Shown: positions 9,728 through 19,951, counted from the stretch's first letter. The stretch: 64,000 nucleotides of DNA from Pseudobdellovibrionaceae bacterium (GCA_043757545.1 JAYVPG010000050.1:3785-67784); one strand, 5' to 3'. The notes: generated from the letters alone by a model not told the origin. Translations and numbers: made by a program.

Positions 9728-10783
9728 ATGAAGATTTTGCTTATTCGCTTTTCAAGCTTTGGCGATGTTTTGCAGACCTTAAGTGTGGCTGGGCGTCTTG
9801 GCGTGGATTTTCCAGACGCTGAAATTCACTGGGTCACACGCCATGAGTTTGCTCCGTTGCTTGAAACCCATCCTCGTGTCCATAAAGTTTGGTCTTTGAG
9901 TCAAGGGGCCTCGTTGAATGAAGTTTTGAAATTGGGGGCAGCGCTGCGCCGTGAAGGCTTCACTCATATTTACGATGCACATAACAATCTGCGTTCGCAT
10001 ATTTTGAGTTTGCTGCTCAATGGAGTCTTTGCTTGGCGATTGTGGACAGGTCGGCAGAAATTTCTCCGTCGCTCCATCTACCGTTGGCGTCGGTTTATGC
10101 TTTTTCGCTTTCATCGCAATTTATTCCCTCAGCCTTTTTCAGGACAGTTCGCCTTGCTCGAGCCACTTAAGAAATGGGGCTTGCGCGTTGAGGCGCCCCC
10201 CATTCCGCAATTGTTTCTTGATGCTAGGCAGGTGGCTGAAACCTTATCGCGAGTGAAGCTGGCTCCGACGATGACTCCGTTTGTGACCCTTGCACCTTCT
10301 GCCTCTTATCCTTTAAAACGTTGGCCGATCGAATATTGGAAAGAATTGATTTCAAATAATAGAGAACTGAATTTTGTCTTGCTCGGTGGACCGCTGGATA
10401 CTTTTATGCAGGAGCTTGAGGCCGTCGACCCTCGACGCGTGGTGAATCTAGCCGGTCGCCTGACTTTGCAAGAAAGCGCACATATGGTTGCGGCGTCGCA
10501 GGCTTTGGTTTCGAATGATACGGGACTTATGCACGTCGCCGAGCAAATCGGGAAGCCGTGTTTGGCATTGATGGGGCCCGCACCCTTTGGTTTTCCCAGC
10601 CGGTCGCTGACCCAGATTTTAGAGGTGAAGCTCAGTTGTCGTCCTTGTAGCAAGCACGGCCAGGGGCCATGTGTGAACCCAGAGTTTCAAAAATGTCTGC
10701 GCGATATTCGCCCGCAGACGGTATCTGAGTACCTAAGGAGATCTTTGCATGCCAAAATGGATGCGCCGCTATCTCCGCGCTAA
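9728..10783 (+). CDS. glycosyltransferase family 9 (LPS heptosyltransferase-like)
   Basis: MKILLIRFSSFGDVLQT N-terminus and the SNDTGLMHVA motif characteristic of GT9. Confidence 0.8.
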   Translation: MKILLIRFSSFGDVLQTLSVAGRLGVDFPDAEIHWVTRHEFAPLLETHPRVHKVWSLSQGASLNEVLKLGAALRREGFTHIYDAHNNLRSHILSLLLNGVFAWRLWTGRQKFLRRSIYRWRRFMLFRFHRNLFPQPFSGQFALLEPLKKWGLRVEAPPIPQLFLDARQVAETLSRVKLAPTMTPFVTLAPSASYPLKRWPIEYWKELISNNRELNFVLLGGPLDTFMQELEAVDPRRVVNLAGRLTLQESAHMVAASQALVSNDTGLMHVAEQIGKPCLALMGPAPFGFPSRSLTQILEVKLSCRPCSKHGQGPCVNPEFQKCLRDIRPQTVSEYLRRSLHAKMDAPLSPR

Positions 10784-12236
10784 ATCTTTAAAACGTCATC
10801 TATGCATCGCGCTCGCGCTTGGCTTTGGCTTGCGCATGCTCAGCGCCTATTTTGTTTACGGCCCCCAAGCATTGGATGATTACAAACACGGCGTGTGGCC
10901 GGCCTATCAATATTTTGCGGGCCTTCCCCTGGATCTTCCTGAATATCGCAGTCATTTGTTGGTGTGGTTGCTCGCCAGTTTTATTCGCGTGGGTTCTTGG
11001 TTTGGTGTCGAGTCCGCTTTGGCTCAGGTGCGCACAATGTATTTCGGCTTGGCCCTATTGAGTCTGCTCGGAATTTTCGGAACTTATTTATTCGTAAAGA
11101 CTTTTCGCTCACGGATCTTTGCCGCGCTCGCGGTATATCTTATCGCCATATTTCCCATTATGCCCTTCGTGGGCACAAGGGCGTTTGGCGAAGCTGTGGC
11201 GATGAGTTTTGTGATGTTTGGCTTCGGCATTTTGGAAAATTCACGGCGTTTGCGGCGACAAAATTTAGTTTACTGGATTGTCGGTTTTGCAGCTCTCGGC
11301 GTGGCGACGCTTTTTCGTTTCCAGGCCGGATTACTCTTCGTCTCCTATGTGGCCGTTTTACTTTATCTGAAGAACTGGCGTGCAGTCGCTGGCGGCGCGG
11401 TCGCTGGTGTTCTTACCATTTTGGCACAAGGCGGGATTGATGTTGCCAGTGGGAAATCATTTCTTGGTAGCCTGTTCTTTTATCTCGCCGCCAATGAGGG
11501 GGGCGCTGCTCAGTATGGTGTCAGCCCTTGGTACAACACCTGGCTTTTAGTGCTCGTGCTCAGCTTTGCTCCATTTTCTTTTGTCTTCGCTGGTAAATTA
11601 AAAAATCTATGGTTGAAACACTGGTTTTGGCTTTTTCCATTTTTAGTTTATGTCTTGGCCCACAGCCTTATCGGACATAAGGAAGAGCGATTTCTTTACC
11701 CGATTTTCGGTCTTGAACTTTGGGCCTTGGCTTGGCTTTGGGCGAGCAGCACGATTTTCTGGCCAGCGCGAAAAATTTATTCCACCGCCGTATTGGGCTT
11801 AAGCGTCCCCTTGCTTTTCGCGGTTTGTTTCGTCAATAGCCAGGAGGGTGAGATCGAACCTCCGGCCTTTGCCGAGAGTCGCTATAAAAATGTTATTTAC
11901 CTTGATCACGAATCCCTTTTTGGAATGTCGCTCATCCAGTTTTATTTTTTACGTCCGCCTAGTATTCTCAATAAGGTTGCGAAGGAAGGCTTCAATGCCC
12001 ACGCGGTCGATGATGCCCTCATGGAGCATCCCGAACATCGCGCAGTCGTACTGCTCACCTCAGTCTCTGACGTGCGCGATGAGCTACTTGCGATGGAGGG
12101 AATAAAGACCTTTGCCTCCCGGTGTCTGCAGATGAGAGTCGCGGGCTCGATGATTGATCGATTGCTTTATTCGCTCAATCCGAAGCACAATCAGCGTAGA
12201 CGACCAACCTGGTATTTAATTTGCGAAAGAGTGTAA
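10749..12236 (+). CDS. polytopic membrane glycosyltransferase, GT-C fold (ArnT/PMT/GT22-like)
   Basis: About 12 hydrophobic segments, with an acidic first-loop motif (ALDDYKHG) as in GT-C enzymes. It overlaps the GT9 gene and abuts the PAP2 gene. Confidence 0.6.
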   Translation: MPKWMRRYLRAKSLKRHLCIALALGFGLRMLSAYFVYGPQALDDYKHGVWPAYQYFAGLPLDLPEYRSHLLVWLLASFIRVGSWFGVESALAQVRTMYFGLALLSLLGIFGTYLFVKTFRSRIFAALAVYLIAIFPIMPFVGTRAFGEAVAMSFVMFGFGILENSRRLRRQNLVYWIVGFAALGVATLFRFQAGLLFVSYVAVLLYLKNWRAVAGGAVAGVLTILAQGGIDVASGKSFLGSLFFYLAANEGGAAQYGVSPWYNTWLLVLVLSFAPFSFVFAGKLKNLWLKHWFWLFPFLVYVLAHSLIGHKEERFLYPIFGLELWALAWLWASSTIFWPARKIYSTAVLGLSVPLLFAVCFVNSQEGEIEPPAFAESRYKNVIYLDHESLFGMSLIQFYFLRPPSILNKVAKEGFNAHAVDDALMEHPEHRAVVLLTSVSDVRDELLAMEGIKTFASRCLQMRVAGSMIDRLLYSLNPKHNQRRRPTWYLICERV

Positions 12237-12875
12237 GTGGACTATTTTTTAGCGACGCTCTATAAAATCGATATCGGACTTTTACACTGGGTCAACGTTG
12301 ATTTTGCGAGTCCCGCATTGGATCAGTTTTGGTTGATGGTCACCCATTTCGAGCGGACGGCGATATTCGAATGTATGGTATTGCCTGCGTCGCTCTTGTT
12401 TCTGTTCTATACATATAGACTGAATGCACTGAAGGTTATTGCGGTTCTGGCACTCACTGTTGGACTTTCCGACGTTTTGGCCTATCGCGGGGTCAAAACT
12501 TTCGTAAAGCGACCACGTCCTTTTCAAAATCTTGAAATTTCCTCTTGGGTGCGCAAGGTCGGTGACGCTCAGGGGCCCAGCTTCCCCTCGAACCACGCGG
12601 CCAATTGTTTTGCGGCGGCTGTTGTCTTGGCTTGGTACTTTAAACGTGTGGGCAATATCTTTTACATTTTAGCCGCACTTGTGGCGATTAGCCGTGTCGC
12701 ATTGGGAGTCCATTATCCATCTGACGTACTGGGTGGAGCTATTTTGGGAATAACTGTCGGATTTTTAGTCAGAGTGGGCGTACTCAATCAAAACAAATGG
12801 CTGCGGCTCGAAGAATCTGTTTCAAAATCAGATGCACAAGTTGGTCATTGGAGAACAAGATCTCGACGTCTTTAA
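12237..12875 (+). CDS. PAP2-family lipid phosphatase
   Basis: Tripartite PAP2 motif: KRPRP, PSNH, SRVALGVHYPSD. A GTG start immediately follows the upstream stop. Confidence 0.8.
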   Translation: MDYFLATLYKIDIGLLHWVNVDFASPALDQFWLMVTHFERTAIFECMVLPASLLFLFYTYRLNALKVIAVLALTVGLSDVLAYRGVKTFVKRPRPFQNLEISSWVRKVGDAQGPSFPSNHAANCFAAAVVLAWYFKRVGNIFYILAALVAISRVALGVHYPSDVLGGAILGITVGFLVRVGVLNQNKWLRLEESVSKSDAQVGHWRTRSRRL

Positions 12876-12990
12876 TACCTTCGACAGTTTTCTAAAATTT
12901 AAATCGCTTTAGAGGCCTAGACTAGACTTTAGTTCAGGCACCCACCTTGCAATTCAGTCTCTTGACCAAAAACAACGGGAGGCATTTTTT

Positions 12991-13665
12991 ATGACAACGA
13001 CTTGGATTACAAGATCCATGGTGGCAGTAATGGCTATCAGTGCAATAGGCTGTGGACAGGGCTTCAAGACTGGTAACAAATCTGCTAGCAACGGCGTGCA
13101 AGCTGTTGACGTGTCAGATCAGTTAGCAAAGGCTCAAGCCGCGGCAAAGGCAGCAGAAGTAGCAATGACTGAGGCGGACGCCGCAGTTGCGCAAATGACA
13201 GACAAGAACGGCAACATCAATGTTAGTTTATTCACCAAGTCTTCGACCAATTCAGTGCAGACTCAAGGGTTACTCGCTCCGCTACTTGCGAAGCTACAAC
13301 CTATATTTGATAAAGTGCTGAGCAAAGTGACGGTCGTCGAGGCTCAATTCACCACCGCACGTGGCCTTTTGGCTGATGCTTTGGGAAAATTGAATCCGAA
13401 CGATCCCGTGCAAGCCCAGTTGATCCAAAAGATCAAAGATCAGATGGCACAAATCGACTTGATGGAGCAGAAGTTCAAAGATGGCATCCATATGCTTGCC
13501 AGCAAATTAACGTTGGTGATCGTAGGTCTTGATAACATCGTGAACAAAGTCACTGCGTTTATCCCTGGCTTCGGCTGGCTCGCAAGCTTGGCTCTAGACA
13601 TGCTGGTGATGCAAGATGTGAAAGACATCATCCTCGCTTTCCAACAAAAGCTGATGATGGTTTAA
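12991..13665 (+). CDS. putative lipoprotein, alpha-helical, hypothetical
   Basis: Signal peptide ending in AIGC (lipobox-like). GGGAGG lies upstream of the ATG. An intrinsic terminator follows. Confidence 0.55.
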   Translation: MTTTWITRSMVAVMAISAIGCGQGFKTGNKSASNGVQAVDVSDQLAKAQAAAKAAEVAMTEADAAVAQMTDKNGNINVSLFTKSSTNSVQTQGLLAPLLAKLQPIFDKVLSKVTVVEAQFTTARGLLADALGKLNPNDPVQAQLIQKIKDQMAQIDLMEQKFKDGIHMLASKLTLVIVGLDNIVNKVTAFIPGFGWLASLALDMLVMQDVKDIILAFQQKLMMV

Positions 13666-13693
13666 CGCTCTTAAGAACGGAATGTTCTTCATT

Positions 13694-13727
13694 GAAACCC
13701 GCCCTGAACCGGCGGGTTTTCTTTTTT
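13694..13727 (+). terminator. Rho-independent terminator
   Basis: GAAACCCGCC-ctgaacc-GGCGGGTTT followed by TCTTTTTT, about 30 bp after the stop at 13665. Confidence 0.7.
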
Positions 13728-13976
13728 GGGCTGGACCACATCGAGGTCTAGGTCTTGAAACGGCCTGCCCATAGGGTTCTTATGGAGTGTCTCGTTATCT
13801 TACAAAGAGCTAGAACTCGGGCTTCTGCGCGGTATTAGAATGTCTTCTCGACGCAGGACTTGATTTTAAGGGGGTCTATGCCGCAAAATTAAGCTAGAGG
13901 CTTATCAAGGGAGGACGTCTTCAATAGGAATCTATCTGGTGCCCTAATCCTCAACTCAGGGTACGAGCCGATAAAA

Positions 13977-14444
13977 GTGGTCAACTGGCGCAAGGCAATG
14001 ATTCTCTGGTTCCAGGACAAAGTCGAGGTTTTGGAATTTCATAAAGTAACGGTCTCATCGCCCAGCCGCACATTCAATCTACCTGCAGTCTTGCGCTTAA
14101 AACAGTACGTCCGGCCTTATCTTTCGATGAGCGTTCGCCTCTCACGCCAAAATATTTTTCTACGTGACAATCATATTTGCCAATATTGTTATAATAAATT
14201 TTCAGAGAAACGTTTGACCATTGATCACGTCATACCTTTAAGCAAAGGCGGCGTTCATGAGTGGACCAACGTGGTCACCGCATGCTCCAAGTGCAATAAT
14301 AAGAAGGGCGATAAGAGCCCCGAGCGTGCGAATCTACGTTTACTCTCTCGTCCAGAGCAGCCGCGCTGGCTGCCGAATCGTGATTTGGATCTTGAGGGCA
14401 ATCGCCTGCCACATGCGTGGCGTCCGTATCTACTCGCACGTTAG
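13977..14444 (+). CDS. HNH endonuclease-domain protein
   Basis: CQYCYNKF...DHVIPLSKGG...TACSKCNNKKGDK (HNH with two CxxC pairs). The frame is open from 13893, and conserved-looking residues precede the GTG at 13977 (see findings). Confidence 0.8.
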   Translation: MVNWRKAMILWFQDKVEVLEFHKVTVSSPSRTFNLPAVLRLKQYVRPYLSMSVRLSRQNIFLRDNHICQYCYNKFSEKRLTIDHVIPLSKGGVHEWTNVVTACSKCNNKKGDKSPERANLRLLSRPEQPRWLPNRDLDLEGNRLPHAWRPYLLAR

Positions 14445-14461
14445 CGACCGGATCACTCCGC

Positions 14462-14821
14462 TTAAAGCTGACCGCAGATTTTTTTCGTTGAGAGTTCGCT
14501 GATGATTTTCACGTGGCTCAAAAAGACTTCATCCGAGGGGTAGTCGATCCAAGGACCCCAGTACTCATTGAACTCGCAATAAACACTACAAAGGGGCTGC
14601 ATCGTGGGGTCTGCGATCTTTCCATTTTCGTCCATGGCACGGGAGCAGCGAACCAGCAATGGCGACGGCAAGATAAAATTACCTTCACATTCAACCTGCA
14701 TGCCTCCGCCGTGATAGCCTAGGCCATTCACGGCCGCCAAACACTGTTCCAAAGACTGACTAAGCGCGGGAAAACTAATTGTGAAGAGTGCGATTGCTAA
14801 GATGCGTGAGAGTAGATTCAT
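14462..14821 (-). CDS. small secreted Cys-containing protein, hypothetical
   Basis: Signal peptide MNLLSRILAIALFTISFPALSQS. Confidence 0.5.
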   Translation of the reverse strand: MNLLSRILAIALFTISFPALSQSLEQCLAAVNGLGYHGGGMQVECEGNFILPSPLLVRCSRAMDENGKIADPTMQPLCSVYCEFNEYWGPWIDYPSDEVFLSHVKIISELSTKKICGQL

Positions 14822-14927
14822 GAGCCACGGTTATCACGTGCGCCTCAGGGGTCAAACGGCATTACGGGACTTTACAAAAATACAGATCGCCAAGACGGGA
14901 AGCCGTATCATGATTTTGAAATCGATC

Positions 14928-15374
14928 CTATTCGCCGGCGTCGTTCTTACGCTGTCGGGTATGGGCTCTTTTTCTTCGTTCATCGCCGATCAAGGATTTG
15001 CCTTGATAGTCGGCCAGAACATAGGCGCCGAGCAGAACGGCACACACGTTTGCAGCGGTGCCCACCACGTGAAGATAATTGGCGCCACCTTCAAACAAAC
15101 CTTGCATATGATTGAGTCCAAGCAAAATCGAAAGTCCTGTCATCAGCAAAACCGTTGCGTGACGAACATTCGAAGGGCCGACTCGAATCACATAGACCAG
15201 CAGACAGAACCAACCCATATCGTGAAACGCGACCTCGCGTTGCCAGCCCGGCGCATGGCTCCAGATAGTGCCCGCGGCTGTCCAATCACCTACGACTAAA
15301 TGACTGACGGCACTGAACAGTGCGCCGATCGCCCACAACACAAGAAATAAATTGAGCCTCTTGTCGATATTCAT
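14928..15374 (-). CDS. small integral membrane protein, hypothetical
   Basis: Four hydrophobic segments. Preferred over the overlapping + strand ORF 14781..15299, which has no membrane or domain logic. Confidence 0.45.
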   Translation of the reverse strand: MNIDKRLNLFLVLWAIGALFSAVSHLVVGDWTAAGTIWSHAPGWQREVAFHDMGWFCLLVYVIRVGPSNVRHATVLLMTGLSILLGLNHMQGLFEGGANYLHVVGTAANVCAVLLGAYVLADYQGKSLIGDERRKRAHTRQRKNDAGE

Positions 15375-15389
15375 ATCTACAGCGTGCCC

Positions 15390-15854
15390 CTATTTCAGCA
15401 TAGGAATCAACGCTTCTTTTTTGGTGAGTCTAGCGATGTCGAGCGCGGTTTCGCCGCGTTTATTTTTCAAGCTCTTGTTGGCGCCTGCGCCGAGCAGTAG
15501 GCGAATGGTTTCTTTGGTATCCTCTAGCCGGTCTACTCGGCCGAGTGCCGCGAACATCAGGGCCGTGTAGCCGGTGTCCATTTGGTGATTCACGTTGGCA
15601 CTCCGATCGATGAGGAGTTTTACGATTTTGGGGCGAGAATTCATCGCGGCAAGGGTTAGCGGTGTCTCGTGCGCCTTACCCAAAAAGATATCTACATTTT
15701 TAAGCTCGCTGATCAATTGGTCGGCCGTCGCAAGATCGCCCATGGCAATCGCGCGATCCAGTTGCGCCTCTTTTTGTGCGGGCGGTGCTTTGACCTCAGT
15801 CGCAAAACTTAAGAGCGAAAATAGCATCGCACTCACTAGCACTATCAGTCGCAT
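15390..15854 (-). CDS. secreted ankyrin-repeat protein
   Basis: Signal peptide followed by ANK repeats (TPLTLAAMNSRPKIVKLLIDRSANVN; GYTALMFAA; GETALDIA). Confidence 0.8.
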   Translation of the reverse strand: MRLIVLVSAMLFSLLSFATEVKAPPAQKEAQLDRAIAMGDLATADQLISELKNVDIFLGKAHETPLTLAAMNSRPKIVKLLIDRSANVNHQMDTGYTALMFAALGRVDRLEDTKETIRLLLGAGANKSLKNKRGETALDIARLTKKEALIPMLK

Positions 15855-15869
15855 AAAACCTCCGGGCGT

Positions 15870-18800
15870 TTAATTATCAAATATCTGAAACTGATTGTCG
15901 GTCGCGCCCATCGCTTTCATTTCGTTGAGCGGGTAGTAAATAATCAATTTACCTTTGCTGGTGCCACGTTTCAATGTCAGACTTCCGCCGCCCGAGGTGA
16001 CCATGCTGAGTTCGCTCATGTCGAAGTACGGTTGGTCCTCGACTTTCCCGGGGATTTTCATCCATGCCCCTTCGCCGTCGCCCAAATAGTCGTCGGCTTC
16101 GAAGGTTTGGCCACCCTCGGCCTGCGCGACCAATTTAATATTGATTGTGCCGTCGGCACTTTTCATTAATTTATCGAGTGGTGCCTCGGTCACAATCAGA
16201 GTCGATTGAGAAAAGGTTGCCAGTGGCGAAACGGCGAGAACCGCAGGCTCATAGTTGGGAGCATCGGTTTTGCCGGCACTCAAATCCGTCTCATAGGTCT
16301 TGCGAATGGCGCGCGCGATGCTGGCGTCTAGCAAAGCAGAGGCGAAGTTCGCGCGAATGACTCCGTCGAGAGGTACACCAGTGACGCCAGCGATTTCTTG
16401 ATCGGCCACTCCGTCACCGTCGGCATCCACTAACACCGAAATCGAGCACATATTCCACGTCGACACCGGTGAAACCGTTTTAAAAGCAAACTGCGCTTTC
16501 TCAATTAATTTCCCGTCCGAACCCACAGTGCGCAGAACGCGGTAGCCTGCAGATTGCAAATCGCAGTCACGATTCTTCCAGCTCTCACGCGGGCCGGGCT
16601 GCACTTTCGGCGCATCTTCACCCAAAAGATTAAAGGCCACGGCAAGACCCGTCACCGGGCTGGTGTTTTTAAATATGTAGTTGTCGCCCGCCGGCTCACC
16701 GGTAATCAGCGAAGCCTGTGTGCGAATCGCCAATACTGGAATCTGCAATAGCACTTTCTGTCCCAGCTTAAAGTAGATCCGCCCATCCAATTCAGCCATA
16801 AAAGACTGGGCCATGGCGAGCTTGATTGAGAACACCAAGGTTATTGGAACACGGTCACGGGCCGGCACAGTGACTTGCGAAGGTACCGCGATCAACATTC
16901 CAGGAGTCGTGCGAGTGTCCAAACTGAGAGTGATGTCCTTATCAGTCAAATTGCGTAGATAAATTTTAACCGATTGGATCTTAATATCTTCCAACTGAAT
17001 TTGCCCAAGGCTGATCGAGGCAGTCTCGCTGATCACTTCGGCAGTTACGGCCTCTAAAATCTGAACGCGTCCCGCACCTTGCAGAGTCATCGCGATCTCA
17101 GAACCTTTTTTACTCAAAGGCTTCGCCGTGTTCATCGCGAGAGCTTTGAGCTCGGCACTCGACAGATCGGGGTGCGCTTGTTTGATCAACGCAATCGCGC
17201 CCGTCATATGAGGAGCGGCCATGCTGGTGCCGTCCATTTTCGTTCCCGCCGTTCCCTTGCCCATCGCTGCGGAAATAATATTTTGTCCAGGAGCCGCGAT
17301 CTCAGGCTTCAACAAATTGTCGCCTGAGCGTGGGCCTTTTGAGGAAAACTCAGTGATCGTGTCGACTACATCGGGGATTTCGATGGACTGACCCGTTTTA
17401 AATTCAACTTTGGCCGGTGCCGTTTTCATTTCTTCGAGCAACAACATGCCGATGGCTTGGCTTACCATCACGGCGGGAACATCGACGCTCCCTTCGCCAC
17501 CCATAGGAACGGGATTGGTGGGATCATTATTGTAGACGACGACCCCGATGGCTCCGGCATCAACGGCGCGTTTGATTTTAACTAAGAATGCGACCTTACC
17601 CCGTTGAACCAAAGCCACTTTACCCGAAAGCTGTGCTTTGACCGCGTCACTGAGATCCGTATCGCCAAAACCGATGTCGACCAGCTCGCCACCGATTCCG
17701 TCGGACTGCATCACCGGTCGTGAAACGGGACCTTCGATCGCTTGCACCAGCAGACTTGGATTCTTCGCGGTCACAAAGCGAACCGCGGGAGTCTTCCAAT
17801 TGATGGGTGAGCCATCGATACTGGCTGCGACCGAAATCGCTTCATCCGAAGTGCTCGGGTCACCCACGATATAATCCACAGGACCGGAGTTTCCGGCCGA
17901 TGCGACAACAACAGTTCCCGCACGCGAGAGATTTTTTACCGATTCGGTGTAGAGCACCTGCGGTTGACCGTAGCCACCACCGAGCGAAAGGTTCACCACG
18001 TCGAGTTGATCGTCGGGATTTAAGTCACCATTAGGATCGGCGGCAAATTCAAAACCGGCAATCACCACCGCGTCCATAGTTGAACCAGTTTTTCCGAATA
18101 CCTTAATCGCATAGAGCTGCGCATCGGGTGCGACGCCCGAATAAGTGTTGGTGCCATCACCGATTCCAGCGATGGTTCCCGCGACGTGCGAGCCGTGCCC
18201 AGCCTCGTCCAGCGGATTGGCATCTGTTTTCGGAAGGTGATTGGCATTAATCGCCGACGACGCATTAAAGTCTGTTCCAACCAAATCAATTCCGCCGACC
18301 ACTTTGTCGTTGGGAAAAAAGGTCGAGGGTTTGGCGGGGTCAGTGCCCGCGTAGTCTTCAGGCTTGCCACTGCCGCCGAGCATCTTATGAGTGTAGTCGA
18401 TGCCAGTGTCGAGAATTCCAATGCGCATGCCTTTGCCGGTGAAGCCGAGCTTATGGACCTGGTCTGCACCGATGAAATTCACTGAGGTGATATCGTCTAC
18501 GCGCGGGGCTGCGCTCACAGTTTCTAAAATGGCTTCGGGACGATTCATTTGGTGTGCGGCAGTTACGCCTCGGACACCCTTCATGTCTTGAATTTTTTCA
18601 GCGACGTCGCTGGGAGCAAAGACAGCGAGTCCGTTGATCGTCATGCGGTAGCGAAAAATAACTTTAGCTTGAGGGGCCAGCGCCAAGAGTTGTTTCTCTA
18701 CCAACGCTTGTTCACTCAGAATTTTTTCTTTTGCGGCCGCGGGAACGTCCCATCCGGCTTTAGTTTTTTTAGCGACGGTGAGTAGGGGCGGGGATTCGAG

Positions 18801-18965
18801 AGTGATAATGTACAAATCTTCAACCACGCCTGCGGGTCGATTCGAAATAATTCCGGCGTTGAGCGAATCTGAATTTGCCGCGGGTTTTTTATCGGAGCAT
18901 GCGAGCAAACTCGCAAGTGCCGGAATGAGAATGCACAAGATGCCTAGACGTCGTGATGTAACCAT
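15870..18965 (-). CDS. secreted subtilisin-like serine protease (S8) with an inserted PA domain and a long C-terminal extension
   Basis: Catalytic Asp (ILDTGIDYTH), His (HGSHVAGTIAG) and Ser (GTSMAAPHMTGAIAL). PA-like insert GKVALVQRGKVAF...GAIGVVVYNN. Lipoprotein-like N-terminus (LLACSD). Confidence 0.9.
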   Translation of the reverse strand: MVTSRRLGILCILIPALASLLACSDKKPAANSDSLNAGIISNRPAGVVEDLYIITLESPPLLTVAKKTKAGWDVPAAAKEKILSEQALVEKQLLALAPQAKVIFRYRMTINGLAVFAPSDVAEKIQDMKGVRGVTAAHQMNRPEAILETVSAAPRVDDITSVNFIGADQVHKLGFTGKGMRIGILDTGIDYTHKMLGGSGKPEDYAGTDPAKPSTFFPNDKVVGGIDLVGTDFNASSAINANHLPKTDANPLDEAGHGSHVAGTIAGIGDGTNTYSGVAPDAQLYAIKVFGKTGSTMDAVVIAGFEFAADPNGDLNPDDQLDVVNLSLGGGYGQPQVLYTESVKNLSRAGTVVVASAGNSGPVDYIVGDPSTSDEAISVAASIDGSPINWKTPAVRFVTAKNPSLLVQAIEGPVSRPVMQSDGIGGELVDIGFGDTDLSDAVKAQLSGKVALVQRGKVAFLVKIKRAVDAGAIGVVVYNNDPTNPVPMGGEGSVDVPAVMVSQAIGMLLLEEMKTAPAKVEFKTGQSIEIPDVVDTITEFSSKGPRSGDNLLKPEIAAPGQNIISAAMGKGTAGTKMDGTSMAAPHMTGAIALIKQAHPDLSSAELKALAMNTAKPLSKKGSEIAMTLQGAGRVQILEAVTAEVISETASISLGQIQLEDIKIQSVKIYLRNLTDKDITLSLDTRTTPGMLIAVPSQVTVPARDRVPITLVFSIKLAMAQSFMAELDGRIYFKLGQKVLLQIPVLAIRTQASLITGEPAGDNYIFKNTSPVTGLAVAFNLLGEDAPKVQPGPRESWKNRDCDLQSAGYRVLRTVGSDGKLIEKAQFAFKTVSPVSTWNMCSISVLVDADGDGVADQEIAGVTGVPLDGVIRANFASALLDASIARAIRKTYETDLSAGKTDAPNYEPAVLAVSPLATFSQSTLIVTEAPLDKLMKSADGTINIKLVAQAEGGQTFEADDYLGDGEGAWMKIPGKVEDQPYFDMSELSMVTSGGGSLTLKRGTSKGKLIIYYPLNEMKAMGATDNQFQIFDN

Positions 18966-19105
18966 TGATTCCCCCTAAGAATATTCCCCGAGGGTGAAAC
19001 TAGTGGCAGAAGGGCGAGATGTAAAATTTATTGCGCGTTTTGCACGGACAGTAGGAATTACAGGACAGCATGCGTTAACCCCCTAAAACAACTAGAGGAG
19101 GAGTT

Positions 19106-19951
19106 ATGAGATGGATAAGATATTTTATACTCCGGGGGGTACTTATGTGTGTCATGCGATATCGTTCTTTGGTGGTCGGCGTTTTTCTGCTCTGTGCGCA
19201 GGCACATGCGGCCAATGTTCCTCTGCAAAACATCAATGAGGCGGATTTTAAAAATTTAGTCGGCGATCTTTCGACTGATTTTCTGCACACCTCTATATCT
19301 GGAGCGAGTACGCTCGGCCACGTTTTTGGCTTTGAGGTCGGCTTGGTTGGCGGTCAGACGAATACGCCCCATATTAATGACCTGGCGCATGAGGTCGATT
19401 CTTCGGCGAGTGCAGGAAAAATGCCGCATGCGGCATTGCTTGGAGTTTTGTCGGTTCCGCTCGGGATTACGGCTGAGGTGAGCTTGCTTCCCAAAGTGGG
19501 CAGCTCAGATTTTAAATTCAGCACCATGGGTATCGCCGCAAAGTGGACGCCGACCGAAACCTTGCTGGAGTTGCCGGTCGATTTGGCAGTGAAGCTTTCG
19601 CTTTCGAAAGCCAGTTTGCAAGTCGACCAGACGATTCAAAGCATTCCCTTTCAATATAAATATGACGGCACGGATACGGCGCTCACTTTTCTAGTGAGTA
19701 AGAATTTTGTCATTGTTGAGCCCTATTTTGGCTTGGGATTGGTGAACGCAAAGGGCGATTTGTCGTACTCGGGAACTACCAATATATTTGATACGACTTA
19801 TACGACAGGCAGTTCGGCCAATGTGAAGCGTTCGGGAACTTTGTGGATGCTCGGCACCGAGGTCAAGCTGTTGATTTTCAAAGTCGGTGTAGAGTACACC
19901 AACATGCTGAACACCAGCCGTTACACGGGTAAACTCTCCTTCTACTTCTAA
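19106..19951 (+). CDS. putative outer-membrane beta-barrel protein
   Basis: Signal peptide (…LLCAQAHA), alternating hydrophobic beta-strand pattern, and a C-terminal ...GKLSFYF with terminal Phe. Confidence 0.5.
   Translation: MRWIRYFILRGVLMCVMRYRSLVVGVFLLCAQAHAANVPLQNINEADFKNLVGDLSTDFLHTSISGASTLGHVFGFEVGLVGGQTNTPHINDLAHEVDSSASAGKMPHAALLGVLSVPLGITAEVSLLPKVGSSDFKFSTMGIAAKWTPTETLLELPVDLAVKLSLSKASLQVDQTIQSIPFQYKYDGTDTALTFLVSKNFVIVEPYFGLGLVNAKGDLSYSGTTNIFDTTYTTGSSANVKRSGTLWMLGTEVKLLIFKVGVEYTNMLNTSRYTGKLSFYF

Noticed and set aside
14781-15299. 172-aa + strand ORF
   Set aside because: It overlaps the minus-strand ORF 14928..15374 almost completely, and that ORF has a coherent four-helix membrane profile. 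The + strand translation has no features.
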